Origin: Truepera sp.
GTDB taxonomy: Bacteria; Deinococcota; Deinococci; Deinococcales; Trueperaceae
DNA: 64,000 bases
Direction: 5' to 3'
NCBI GenBank assembly: GCA_965218435.1
Contig: CBDCKW010000009.1
Span: 960,001 to 1,024,000 of the forward strand
The translations under genes and the position numbers were made by a program. This document shows, one piece after another, positions 10,704 to 19,019 of the stretch; the stretch's first letter is position 1, and every line of letters begins with the position of its first letter. The notes under the pieces were generated by a model that worked only from the letters and a program-made list of their open reading frames with translations, was not told the DNA's origin and made no database searches.

Positions 10704-11354
10704 CTAATCTCTACTTCTTCTGACCTCGACCGTTTCGCGCCGGAGGGTGACCTGTTGCGGGTCGCGGCGCTCGCTGCGCGCCTTGGAAATCCGCACTTCT
10801 TCGACGAGCATAAGCTGTTTGCTGACGACTAAAATCTCTTCAAAAAGGGGAACGATCATCGTGTCGCCATCAAAACGTACCGGGGCCGCTTCGCTGACAA
10901 GCCGATTGACGCTGACCCGCTCGATCTCGACGCGCTCTTGTTGCAGCGGGAGGTCAACCGTTTCTTGGCGCTCTACGACCCGTTTGCTGAGCTGCACCAC
11001 GCCCTTGGTGACGCTGCGTTTGCCGATCTGTAAGGTTTCTTCGACAACCGGGATCACGGTATCTTCAGATGCCTCTGCTCGGGAGCTTCTGGCGTAATCG
11101 CGGAGGTTAACGCTCAGCTTAAAGCGCCCCTCACCAGCAGGAACCAGCAGGTTCCTGGACACGAGAAACTGGGTGCCGTCGGTGAGCTGCAAAATAAGCT
11201 GCGGGTCGGTCTCATTACCCTCGGCAGTTTTTAACCACGCCTTAAAGGTTAAGCCGCTCGCATCGGCAATAACGACTGCTTCTGCTCCGTTCACGCGTAT
11301 CCTCTCGAGTGTTTGGCTTTGTTTGCTCAAAGCTAGATGACCTGCCGTTTTCAC
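10704..11354 (-). CDS. YsnF/AvaK (DUF2382) domain protein
   Basis: IPVVEETLQIGKR...VPLFEEILVVSKQLMLVEEVRI...LRRETVEV. Confidence 0.85.
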   Translation of the reverse strand: MKTAGHLALSKQSQTLERIRVNGAEAVVIADASGLTFKAWLKTAEGNETDPQLILQLTDGTQFLVSRNLLVPAGEGRFKLSVNLRDYARSSRAEASEDTVIPVVEETLQIGKRSVTKGVVQLSKRVVERQETVDLPLQQERVEIERVSVNRLVSEAAPVRFDGDTMIVPLFEEILVVSKQLMLVEEVRISKARSERRDPQQVTLRRETVEVRRSRD

Positions 11355-11382
11355 ACCGGGCTGCTACGCCTTTAAGCCAAGT

Positions 11383-12243
11383 TCAGCTTTTGCCGCGTAG
11401 CCGGTCCCAAGCGTTTTTGACGCTGCTCTGCGCTTGTTCCCAGGTGCCTTTATCTTGGTTGTTGCTCTCCCAGTTGGTTTTCGCGTCGCCCTCGACTTCG
11501 TGCCACTCGCGGCCCTGATACTTCGGGTCGGACGCCAGTGATTCGCCGTAGCTCGAGCCGAGTTCTTCAATCTCTACGTCGGCGCGGCGCACCGTGTCCC
11601 GCACGGTTTCGGTGCGATTTTCCACCTCTTTACCGACGACGACTTCTTCGACGACCCGTGCTTCTTTGGCAACGACCGCTTCTTCGTCGGTTTCGGTTAG
11701 TTCAATGGTCTTTTCAGAGAAGAGGTCGTCGGTGTCGGCGACGCTGCGGTTGACGGTCTGCCGGTCAACATGGATTGTTTCGTCGCGGAGCGTGACCTGG
11801 GCTTCGACCTCGCGTTCAGATACGACCCGCTTGACCCGCACCCCGCCGCGCTCGACCTCGCGTTTGCCGACCTGCAGCTGTTCTTCAACGACCTCGAGGC
11901 GCTGCTCACCGTCTGCCGCTACCCCTGCTTGGCTGTCACCGGCGGCGTACTGAGCCTCGTCACGGTCGGCTGCGGGATAGTAACGGTTCATAATCTCGAT
12001 GGCGTCGTCGGTTTTGTCGTCGTCGGCCTGAACCACGACGATGGCACCCTCCCGGGTCACACTCGCGGCGTAGGTGCGGGCGTCGTCAGGCTCAATCCCG
12101 GCGCTAGAAAGCTGGGTTTCTAAGTTTTTGCCGTCGCCGTCATAGCGGGTGACCGCGCTGCTGCTAAAGCCGCTACTCGTCAGGTCACTGATCACTTCAT
12201 CAGCGACGCTGACACTTTCAAACACACCCATCACGTTGTTCAT
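11383..12243 (-). CDS. YsnF/AvaK (DUF2382) domain protein with general-stress N-terminus
   Basis: VVEEQLQVGKREVERGGVRV...EEAVVAKEARVVEEV...DTVRRADVEIE. Confidence 0.9.
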   Translation of the reverse strand: MNNVMGVFESVSVADEVISDLTSSGFSSSAVTRYDGDGKNLETQLSSAGIEPDDARTYAASVTREGAIVVVQADDDKTDDAIEIMNRYYPAADRDEAQYAAGDSQAGVAADGEQRLEVVEEQLQVGKREVERGGVRVKRVVSEREVEAQVTLRDETIHVDRQTVNRSVADTDDLFSEKTIELTETDEEAVVAKEARVVEEVVVGKEVENRTETVRDTVRRADVEIEELGSSYGESLASDPKYQGREWHEVEGDAKTNWESNNQDKGTWEQAQSSVKNAWDRLRGKS

Positions 12244-12349
12244 TTTGATCTCCTCTAAACTAAGCTGAACTAAAAAGTCGAGTGAGGGTGTCGCCCTGCC
12301 TTCCGAGTAGTCTTAGGAGCTAGGGCGAGCCCCGGTTGCCGTCAGGACC

Positions 12350-13297
12350 TTAGCGGTTGCTGCGGTTCTCCTCCCACCTGCTTTTAACGCTGTCGCGGAC
12401 GCTCTCCCACGGCTCGCCGTCTTGGTTGTCGCGTTCATAGTCGGCCCGCGCTTCGTCCTCAAAGTCGTGCCACTCGCGGTCTTGGTAACGGGTATCGCCT
12501 GCTAGGGTCTGCCCGTAGCTCTGAGCCATTTCTTCGATCTCGACGTCAGCGCGGCGCACGGTGTCGCGGATGGTTTCGGTCCGGGTTTCGACGTCTTTGC
12601 CGACGATGACCTCTTCAATGACGTGCGCTTCTTTGGCGATCACGGCCTCTTCATCGGTTTCGGTAAACTCAAAGGTCTGTTCAGAAAAGAGGTCGCCCTC
12701 AGTGCCGTCAAGCGTGCGGTCAGCCGGGCGGCGGTCAACGCGGATGGTTTCGTCGCGCAGTACGACCTGCTCTTCAACCGGGCGCTCGGTTACCACCCGG
12801 CGCACCTTCATCCCGCCGCGCTGCACTTCGCGTTTGCCGACCTTAAGCCGCTCTTCAACCACGTTCAGGTGGGCCTCGTCGGTGTTGGGTTCGACCGTGC
12901 TGCTCTCGCCGGTAACCTCGCTGGCTAGGGTATCTGCGCCCACTATCTCCGGATCAACGGTATCTGTCTCGGTACCGGTTAGAGGTGCCGTATAGCTGGC
13001 GTCGTCTATAAACTCGTCTTCAGTATCGGCGTGCCGGTTCATGATCTCGACGGCTTCATTGACGTGATCGTCTTCGGCGCGTACAGAAACCAGCGCTCCA
13101 CCCTGTCTAAGTCCTTCGGCGTAGTAGCTCGCGTCGGTGTTTGAAACACCTTCACGTTCTAGTTCATCTTCGAGGTCCTCCCGGTCGCCTTGCAGGTGGT
13201 TGATGTTACGCTGATTAAAGCCTTGTGCCCGCAGATCATCGATGACCCGCTGGGCGACCTCTTCGCTGCTAAATAGACCGATAACGTTGCTTGCCAT
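12350..13297 (-). CDS. YsnF/AvaK (DUF2382) domain protein, paralogue of 11383..12243
   Basis: Same motifs: VVEERLKVGKREVQRGG...DTVRRADVEIE. Confidence 0.9.
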   Translation of the reverse strand: MASNVIGLFSSEEVAQRVIDDLRAQGFNQRNINHLQGDREDLEDELEREGVSNTDASYYAEGLRQGGALVSVRAEDDHVNEAVEIMNRHADTEDEFIDDASYTAPLTGTETDTVDPEIVGADTLASEVTGESSTVEPNTDEAHLNVVEERLKVGKREVQRGGMKVRRVVTERPVEEQVVLRDETIRVDRRPADRTLDGTEGDLFSEQTFEFTETDEEAVIAKEAHVIEEVIVGKDVETRTETIRDTVRRADVEIEEMAQSYGQTLAGDTRYQDREWHDFEDEARADYERDNQDGEPWESVRDSVKSRWEENRSNR

Positions 13298-13599
13298 AAC
13301 TCCCTCTTTCCAGACGCCTGTAACAAAGTCTCAGGCAGGCCGGTGATACCCACTTACCTACCTGTTGCGACGCCTCGGGCTCGCGAACGCGGAAGACTGC
13401 CCCGTGTTGTCGTGAGTGATTGGTATCATCTCATGAACTGTACCAATTATATTGTAAGATTTTACACCGTCCACACGCACTATTTTTTAGTGCAATTTAG
13501 AAGAGTTCGAGTTAAAACATCTATAAAGCAAGGCTAAGCTGCAAAACAAGGTAAGTCAAGCTTACAATTCTAACCGGTGAAGAAGGCAGATGATAGACT

Positions 13600-15057
13600 A
13601 TGACGCACCAATCATCTACTGCTGCAGGTCACCGGTTTCAGCTCGAGGCGATGATCTCTGGACTAAGTACCGGCATTATCACGCTTGAAACCGATGGTAG
13701 CTTACGCTACGTCAACCGCGCCGCGTTGCAGCTGCACAACGTCACCGACGCTAAAGCGTTAGGCAGTTCGTCGCAGGTGTACCAAGAACGTTTTCGGCTA
13801 ATGGATTTGACCGGCGTCCCGTTGCCTGCGGGTGCTTACCCGCTCGAGCGGCTCTTAAACGGCGAAACGTTTACCGACTTAAACGTCAGAGTCCCGGTTG
13901 AGGGCGACGTATTGGTACATAAGTGCCGGGGTATCTGTATCAAGGACGCCGAGGGCCATACTGACTTTTACGCGCTCTTTATTGAAGACGACACCGAACA
14001 GTACGACGCCGAGCAGCGTTTTGAACGCACCTTCGGAGCCAATCCTGCCCCGGCCCTGATCAACCGGCTTTCAGATTTGCGCTTTATCAAGGTCAACGAG
14101 GGGTTTCTGACCATGACCGGGTTTAAGCGTGAAGAGGTCATCGGGCGCACGGCGTACGAGTTTGACGTGTTGGCCGGGGTTGAGGGGAAGGAGCTGGCCC
14201 TTAAAAAGTTTCACGCCGGGGAGACCATCTCGCCGCTCGAGTCGTATCTCGCTACCCGGTCGGGCGGTAAAAAGTTCGTCGTCGTCGGGGGGCAGCCGCT
14301 CGAGGTCAACAACGAGCCGTGTATGCTCCTGACATTTATTGACCTCGATGAACGCAAACGCACCGAGGACGCTTTGCGGCAGAGTGAAGAACGCTTTTCT
14401 AAAGCCTTCTCGCTTGCGCCCGTAGCGGGCGTGATCAGCGCCGTGGCCGACGGCCGCATCTTTAATATCAACGACGCCTTCACTAAACTTACCGGGTACG
14501 CGCCGGGTGAGGCCGTCGGGCGTACCCCTGCTGAGCTTGGGCTGTGGCGGCATGAAGGGGAAAAACTCGTGACGAACTTGCTAAAGACCAAGCGGGGCTA
14601 CAGTGGTCTCGAGCTTAAACTCCACACCAAAACCGGCGAGGTTTGTGACGTCACGGTTTCAGCGGAAACGGTCATGATCAATGAAGAGGCGTGTGTGCTC
14701 TCGATGTTTCAAGATGTAACCGAGTGGAAACGTACCGAAGCCGAACTGATCGAAGCGGTCAATATGGTCATGAAAGACCCCGAGTGGTTTAGCAACTCGG
14801 TCGTTAAAAAGCTGATGAGTGTCAGAGGTAAAAAACCTACGCCGCAAACCGAAGTCAAACTCAAGCGCCTGACGACACGCGAACGGCAGGTTTTAGAGGC
14901 GATCTGTCGCGGCCTAAGCACGGCTGAGATTGCGACGAAGCTGGGCGTCGCCGGCAACACGGTGAGAAACTACTTTTCCAGCTTGTATAAAAAGCTCGAG
15001 GTGCATTCGCGGGCTGAGGTGATCGTCTGGGCCAAGCGGCATGACGTGATGATGTAG
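13600..15057 (+). CDS. Multi-PAS LuxR-family transcriptional regulator
   Basis: Three PAS-like repeats (VNRAA; VNEGF...TGFKREEVIGR; INDAF...TGYAPGEAVGR) and C-terminal LTTRERQVL...IATKLG...TVRNY. Confidence 0.9.
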   Translation: MTHQSSTAAGHRFQLEAMISGLSTGIITLETDGSLRYVNRAALQLHNVTDAKALGSSSQVYQERFRLMDLTGVPLPAGAYPLERLLNGETFTDLNVRVPVEGDVLVHKCRGICIKDAEGHTDFYALFIEDDTEQYDAEQRFERTFGANPAPALINRLSDLRFIKVNEGFLTMTGFKREEVIGRTAYEFDVLAGVEGKELALKKFHAGETISPLESYLATRSGGKKFVVVGGQPLEVNNEPCMLLTFIDLDERKRTEDALRQSEERFSKAFSLAPVAGVISAVADGRIFNINDAFTKLTGYAPGEAVGRTPAELGLWRHEGEKLVTNLLKTKRGYSGLELKLHTKTGEVCDVTVSAETVMINEEACVLSMFQDVTEWKRTEAELIEAVNMVMKDPEWFSNSVVKKLMSVRGKKPTPQTEVKLKRLTTRERQVLEAICRGLSTAEIATKLGVAGNTVRNYFSSLYKKLEVHSRAEVIVWAKRHDVMM

Positions 15058-15311
15058 CACTGTGACGCAAAAAGGTGACCAACACCGCGTTTTCTCTGCT
15101 GAAGGTATTTCTGTGCAACCTGAACCCCGGACGACATCCACCGACACTGAATAAACCTGTACCTAAGGTGACTCGAGCTTTTGCTGACCTCGTTTGAACG
15201 AATGAAGGCTTATCAAAGCTGTGAGAAAGGCATCTTTAGAGTGTGGCTGCTTGGCTTTCGTTACCTTGACGCTAGCTATACAGACTTTTGTCCGGGCTTG
15301 AGTGCATAGTC

Positions 15312-15340
15312 TTGACAAATAGCGCATACAGGTATACCCT
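15312..15340 (+). promoter_or_regulatory. Sigma70-like promoter
   Basis: TTGACA-17 bp-TACCCT, bracketed by the inverted repeat CTTGAGTGC / GCACTCAAG. Confidence 0.45.
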
Positions 15341-15349
15341 TAAAGAATC

Positions 15350-15378
15350 AGAGCACTCAAGACGAGTGCTCTTTTTTT
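15350..15378 (+). terminator. Intrinsic terminator-like hairpin
   Basis: AGAGCACTC-AAGAC-GAGTGCTCT followed by a T-run. Confidence 0.5.
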
Positions 15379-15753
15379 GCCCTTTTGCAGGCTACTTTTC
15401 TCTTAGCGACCTCAGTCGAAGATTCTCTTAGCCGCTCGAGCACCAACGCGTCTCTGCTGAGTTGCCCAGCAGCCTAACGACTCGCTCTTACCGGGCTACA
15501 TTCGAAATTGCCGTGGGTTTATCAAAGACAATGACCTCAGCAGGAGACAGTGTTCTGGCACGTCTCGATCTTTTGGAAGTCAGGTAGAGGCCAACGGTTG
15601 AGGGAATGACGGGGAGTAGCGACCTCTTACCTAAGAGTGACCTCAAGGCCGTGAACCGAATTATGTAGCTGTAAATAAGGTGTAAACCGACTTTATAAAG
15701 AGCAACCCCCGCATCCGACGGGGGTCCTTTGTTGCGTCACACACGATCTTTTT

Positions 15754-15798
15754 TGGTAGGCGCGGGCAGGATTGAACTGCCGACCTCTACAGTGTCAA
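15754..15798 (-). repeat. att core: duplicated 3' 45 nt of tRNA-Val
   Basis: Identical to 41308-41352; identity stops in the anticodon loop. Confidence 0.97.
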
Positions 15799-15924
15799 GG
15801 TCAAAAAGGCTTTCACGGTTAATCACGCATCGTCACTTAACAAGCTAAATAACTCGACCCTGACGCAAATATATCAACTGCACTTTTTATTTCATCACGA
15901 GCTTTCACGCTTTGTTTTGAGCCT

Positions 15925-15947
15925 GTGGTCTTAAATTGGTCTTAAAT
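15925..15947 (+). repeat. Putative integrase arm-type site (TGGTCTTAAAT x2)
   Basis: GTGGTCTTAAATTGGTCTTAAAT recurs exactly at 41217-41239. Confidence 0.8.
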
Positions 15948-16527
15948 TGTGGGCTTGGTATTAGCGTCACAAACAGGGTTATTTGAATATTTTATTTCCA
16001 CGCACCAGGTCTAAAACCTTCGTCTTTAGGCGAACAGCTTCAGCAGGCGCTGACACAGACGAGCCGACTGAAAGGCTCCGCAATAGTATAAAAAAGGAAC
16101 TATCGTGCTGATGCTCAATCACTTATAACCTAACTTAAAAACCTCACATAACCCCATGACTCATAGCCCACAGGTCAAACACTCAATCAAAACCGGTCAT
16201 AACCCCATGAGTCAATGGTGGGCAGGTCAAACGCATAACCCAAGGTCAAAGCTGCTCAATGCGTTGACTTTGGACTGCGCTACCGCTAACCGGGCACTTG
16301 ACGAGGGGCGTAACGCTCAAGCATGTCCAAGAACAATGCGTTCAGCGCCTTCATCTTCACTCTTGGCTCCTGGGCCAACTCGTCGCCTCACCGTTTGCGT
16401 TCGAGCAGGTCTGGAGATGATACAAATAGTGCCGACATATAGGCTGAGTTCCAGTTATGCTGTGCTTACGCATTCGCGGTGTCTGCAATCTGTTGCACCC
16501 ACTTGGCGGCTTTAGGAGGTAAGTGCG

Positions 16528-16887
16528 TTGCTAAAAGCTGTTATCGCTTGGCACGACCGTCTTGGTGGCGAGCAACTCTGTTTGTGGACTGCTAACGCAT
16601 ACAAGGATGACGCGGCAGCTTATGCCGACTTTCTAGGTGATACTACGATCACCGTCTTTCACGATGACCGTACTGAAGCCTTCGTTGGTATCGACATCGA
16701 CTATCTCTCAGATGTGCTTAAGCACGAAGCGCTCTTGCGAACGCAGCCATACCCGCTTGTTGAACTGCTTAACGCTCCTCTAGCCGGTGTACACCCGGTT
16801 GACGCACTCCTCTGGGGCTATCATCAGCTCGCACTTAAAAGGATCGAGACCAAGACAGACGTATACGGGCTGCTGCGAAAAGGATAG
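16528..16887 (+). CDS. Hypothetical protein
   Basis: 119 aa, TTG start with AGGAGGT RBS. Confidence 0.65.
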   Translation: MLKAVIAWHDRLGGEQLCLWTANAYKDDAAAYADFLGDTTITVFHDDRTEAFVGIDIDYLSDVLKHEALLRTQPYPLVELLNAPLAGVHPVDALLWGYHQLALKRIETKTDVYGLLRKG

Positions 16888-17046
16888 CTAGAGAACAGCT
16901 TTACGGCACGGGAAACGTGTTCCGCACGCACCGATGTGTTCTCGAGCCCCTTCAACTCGGTTTAGATGGTGAGGGTAAGCGTCGTCGTGATGATGACATC
17001 CTCTCAGGGAGCGTTTAAGTGCGGAGCTACGGTTTGTTACCAAACC

Positions 17047-17353
17047 CTAGTCTAAAAAACCCTCGCGTTTCTCCTCTTCATAAAGCCGCTCGACCACGAA
17101 CTGCTTGAGCAGCGTTTGGTACGCCAGTCCTTTCTTATCGGCAAGGCGCTGCAACCGCTCAGCGGTATTGCGCTCGAGTCGTAAAGACGTGGCCCGCGTC
17201 TGGACTTTAGGGCGGTCCGTCGTCATCGGGTTCGTTTTTTGCCAAGTACGCTTCGGTTACTTCGTGGGTATCCCAGAACGCTTGGGCTTCAGCCTCGCTC
17301 ATGCCTTCAGGCACTTCGCCGGGGTCGGTTAAAGGGATCAGTCCTCTACTCAT
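17047..17353 (-). pseudogene. BrnA/CopG-like antitoxin, frameshifted
   Basis: MSRGLIP...SEAEAQAFWDTHE, then a shifted frame TSLRLERNTAERLQRLADKKGLAYQTLLKQFVVERL. Confidence 0.8.
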
Positions 17354-17425
17354 ACGGTGCGCCTCCTATACGATTTCTTTTCGTTGGCTTTTGGCGTCGT
17401 CCCATTGAAAACTTGTTGTGCTCAA
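17350..17425 (-). pseudogene. BrnT-like toxin remnant with an internal deletion
   Basis: (M)STTSFQWDDAK joined directly to KANEKKSYRRRTV*, whose stop overlaps the antitoxin ATG. Confidence 0.6.
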
Positions 17426-17615
17426 AGTATACGCGATTGTAGATACTAGACGCAGCTGGTGGGCTCGAGCTTGACACGTTTAATCTAGGTATGGGTCAGG
17501 CGTGGTCAGAGCTTGAATCAGAAACCGGACATAACCCCATGGGTCAGGGTGAAGAGGTTAGAAGGGTCTGACATAGACGATTAGGTCAGACCGTTTCAGC
17601 AGCTCTTATTGAGGG

Positions 17616-18593
17616 TCAGTATTTGGGCGTTCCCTCTTCAAGTTCACCGTCGGCATAGTCAGGATGTACTTGCACAATCTCTGCCCACGAACTACCGTAG
17701 AGCACGGTGACGGTGTAGCGGCCCATGTCCCAGAAGATGTCTCTGACCCTCCGATAAGCGGAAATCAGCCGTTCCCGGTCGTCGCTGAGCCGCTCGACAA
17801 ATAAGGTTTTCCGCCAGACGTTGTTCCGCACTACCAGATATTTCTCGGTGTCGGCTTCGCTGATGCCTAACGCTTCGTAGTTCGGCTCATGTACAGCGTA
17901 ACCAAAGTGATAGAGGTGACGCTGCTGGGATTCATAACTCAGCCACGGCTCCTCTTGCCTTGCTCGACCTTCCCTGATCCGTGTCATCCGTTCGGTACTC
18001 TCTGACAATTTGCGTGCATCCTTCTTTTTCCTGCGTTGCTCAGCTTTGTCGTACTTTTTGAGGTCTTCGAGCGTCGCTGTAATCTGCCGTGTCAGTTCGG
18101 CAAAGAAATCCGCAAAGCTGGCTAACACCTCCTCGAGCTTGACTTCGTTGTAGCCGACGACAAACTCTATCCAAATACGACTGCTGTCTTGCCGCTTGGT
18201 AGTGAAGGCGTAGGTAAGCAGCTTGTGACGGCGTTGTAGGGTGCCAAAGATAAAAACTTCATGGTAATCCCCACCCATGACGAAAGGGCGGAGTAGCGGG
18301 ACTTCAAAGGCTAGCGTCTCTTCATCTTCATAGAGACAAAAGCCCAGCGGTCTGTCGCCCAGGTCTACGGCAGCAACAGCAGCTTTTTTGCCGTCCCTAA
18401 ACTGTAGCCCTTCCCAGGTTACGCCGTGGTGCAAGGCGCTTACGCCCTCGAGCGCAGCGCCAAAACGCTTGACGCTAGGCCACTCGGGTACGTTGATAAC
18501 TCTTGCACCTTTCTGCCAAGCGTAGGTGTAAGGGTTTGTTCCCGGATACACGGCGTCTTGCTGGTGGTAAATATGGCGTTCAAATTTCATCAA
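17616..18593 (-). CDS. Hypothetical protein
   Basis: 325-aa ORF with AGGAG RBS; no family recognised. Confidence 0.7.
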   Translation of the reverse strand: MMKFERHIYHQQDAVYPGTNPYTYAWQKGARVINVPEWPSVKRFGAALEGVSALHHGVTWEGLQFRDGKKAAVAAVDLGDRPLGFCLYEDEETLAFEVPLLRPFVMGGDYHEVFIFGTLQRRHKLLTYAFTTKRQDSSRIWIEFVVGYNEVKLEEVLASFADFFAELTRQITATLEDLKKYDKAEQRRKKKDARKLSESTERMTRIREGRARQEEPWLSYESQQRHLYHFGYAVHEPNYEALGISEADTEKYLVVRNNVWRKTLFVERLSDDRERLISAYRRVRDIFWDMGRYTVTVLYGSSWAEIVQVHPDYADGELEEGTPKY

Positions 18594-19019
18594 GCTGCTC
18601 CTAAAGCAAGGCTTAGCCCAAACGAGGGCAAGCGGCTATGTCTCGACCCAGTGATGTTTGCGTGCAACACCAACGAAATAGACGCGGCTAACGCTCGAGT
18701 TACACGTGCAAAAATCTATGTTGTTAAAAAAGGGTTCTTAAAAGTCACCAAGCGCGTTTGCTTCTGCGGACAGGCCAGGTGCTTTGGAGTTACAGGTAAT
18801 TTTTGCTAACGCTCGTTTGAAGCTGTCTTGACTTGCTCGAGTAAAGCGGCAGAGCTTGCCATACTAAAGCGTGTGGAGCTGTTCGTCTTGGCCTTCCTGG
18901 TTATGCCTGCGGCAAAAACGGTAAAGGTATCAGCGAAATCTTGACTTGTCGCCAACGCATCGTTTTCCACAGCATTAGTTATAGCATAGATGAGATCGAA
19001 CGCTACAGAACTTGAGATT

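Noticed and set aside
15350..15372. CIRCE element (AGCACTC...GAGTGCT)
   Set aside because: The spacer is 5 nt, not 9, the TTAG/CTAA flanks are absent, and no chaperone gene follows
15754..15798. Second tRNA-Val gene
   Set aside because: Only the 3' 45 nt are present; this is the att duplication
16012..16100. IS200/IS605 end or omega-RNA remnant
   Set aside because: Only a vague hairpin; no tnpA/tnpB nearby
16147..16251. CRISPR array
   Set aside because: Repeats are 13 bp or shorter and irregular, with no cas genes; no array seen anywhere in the window
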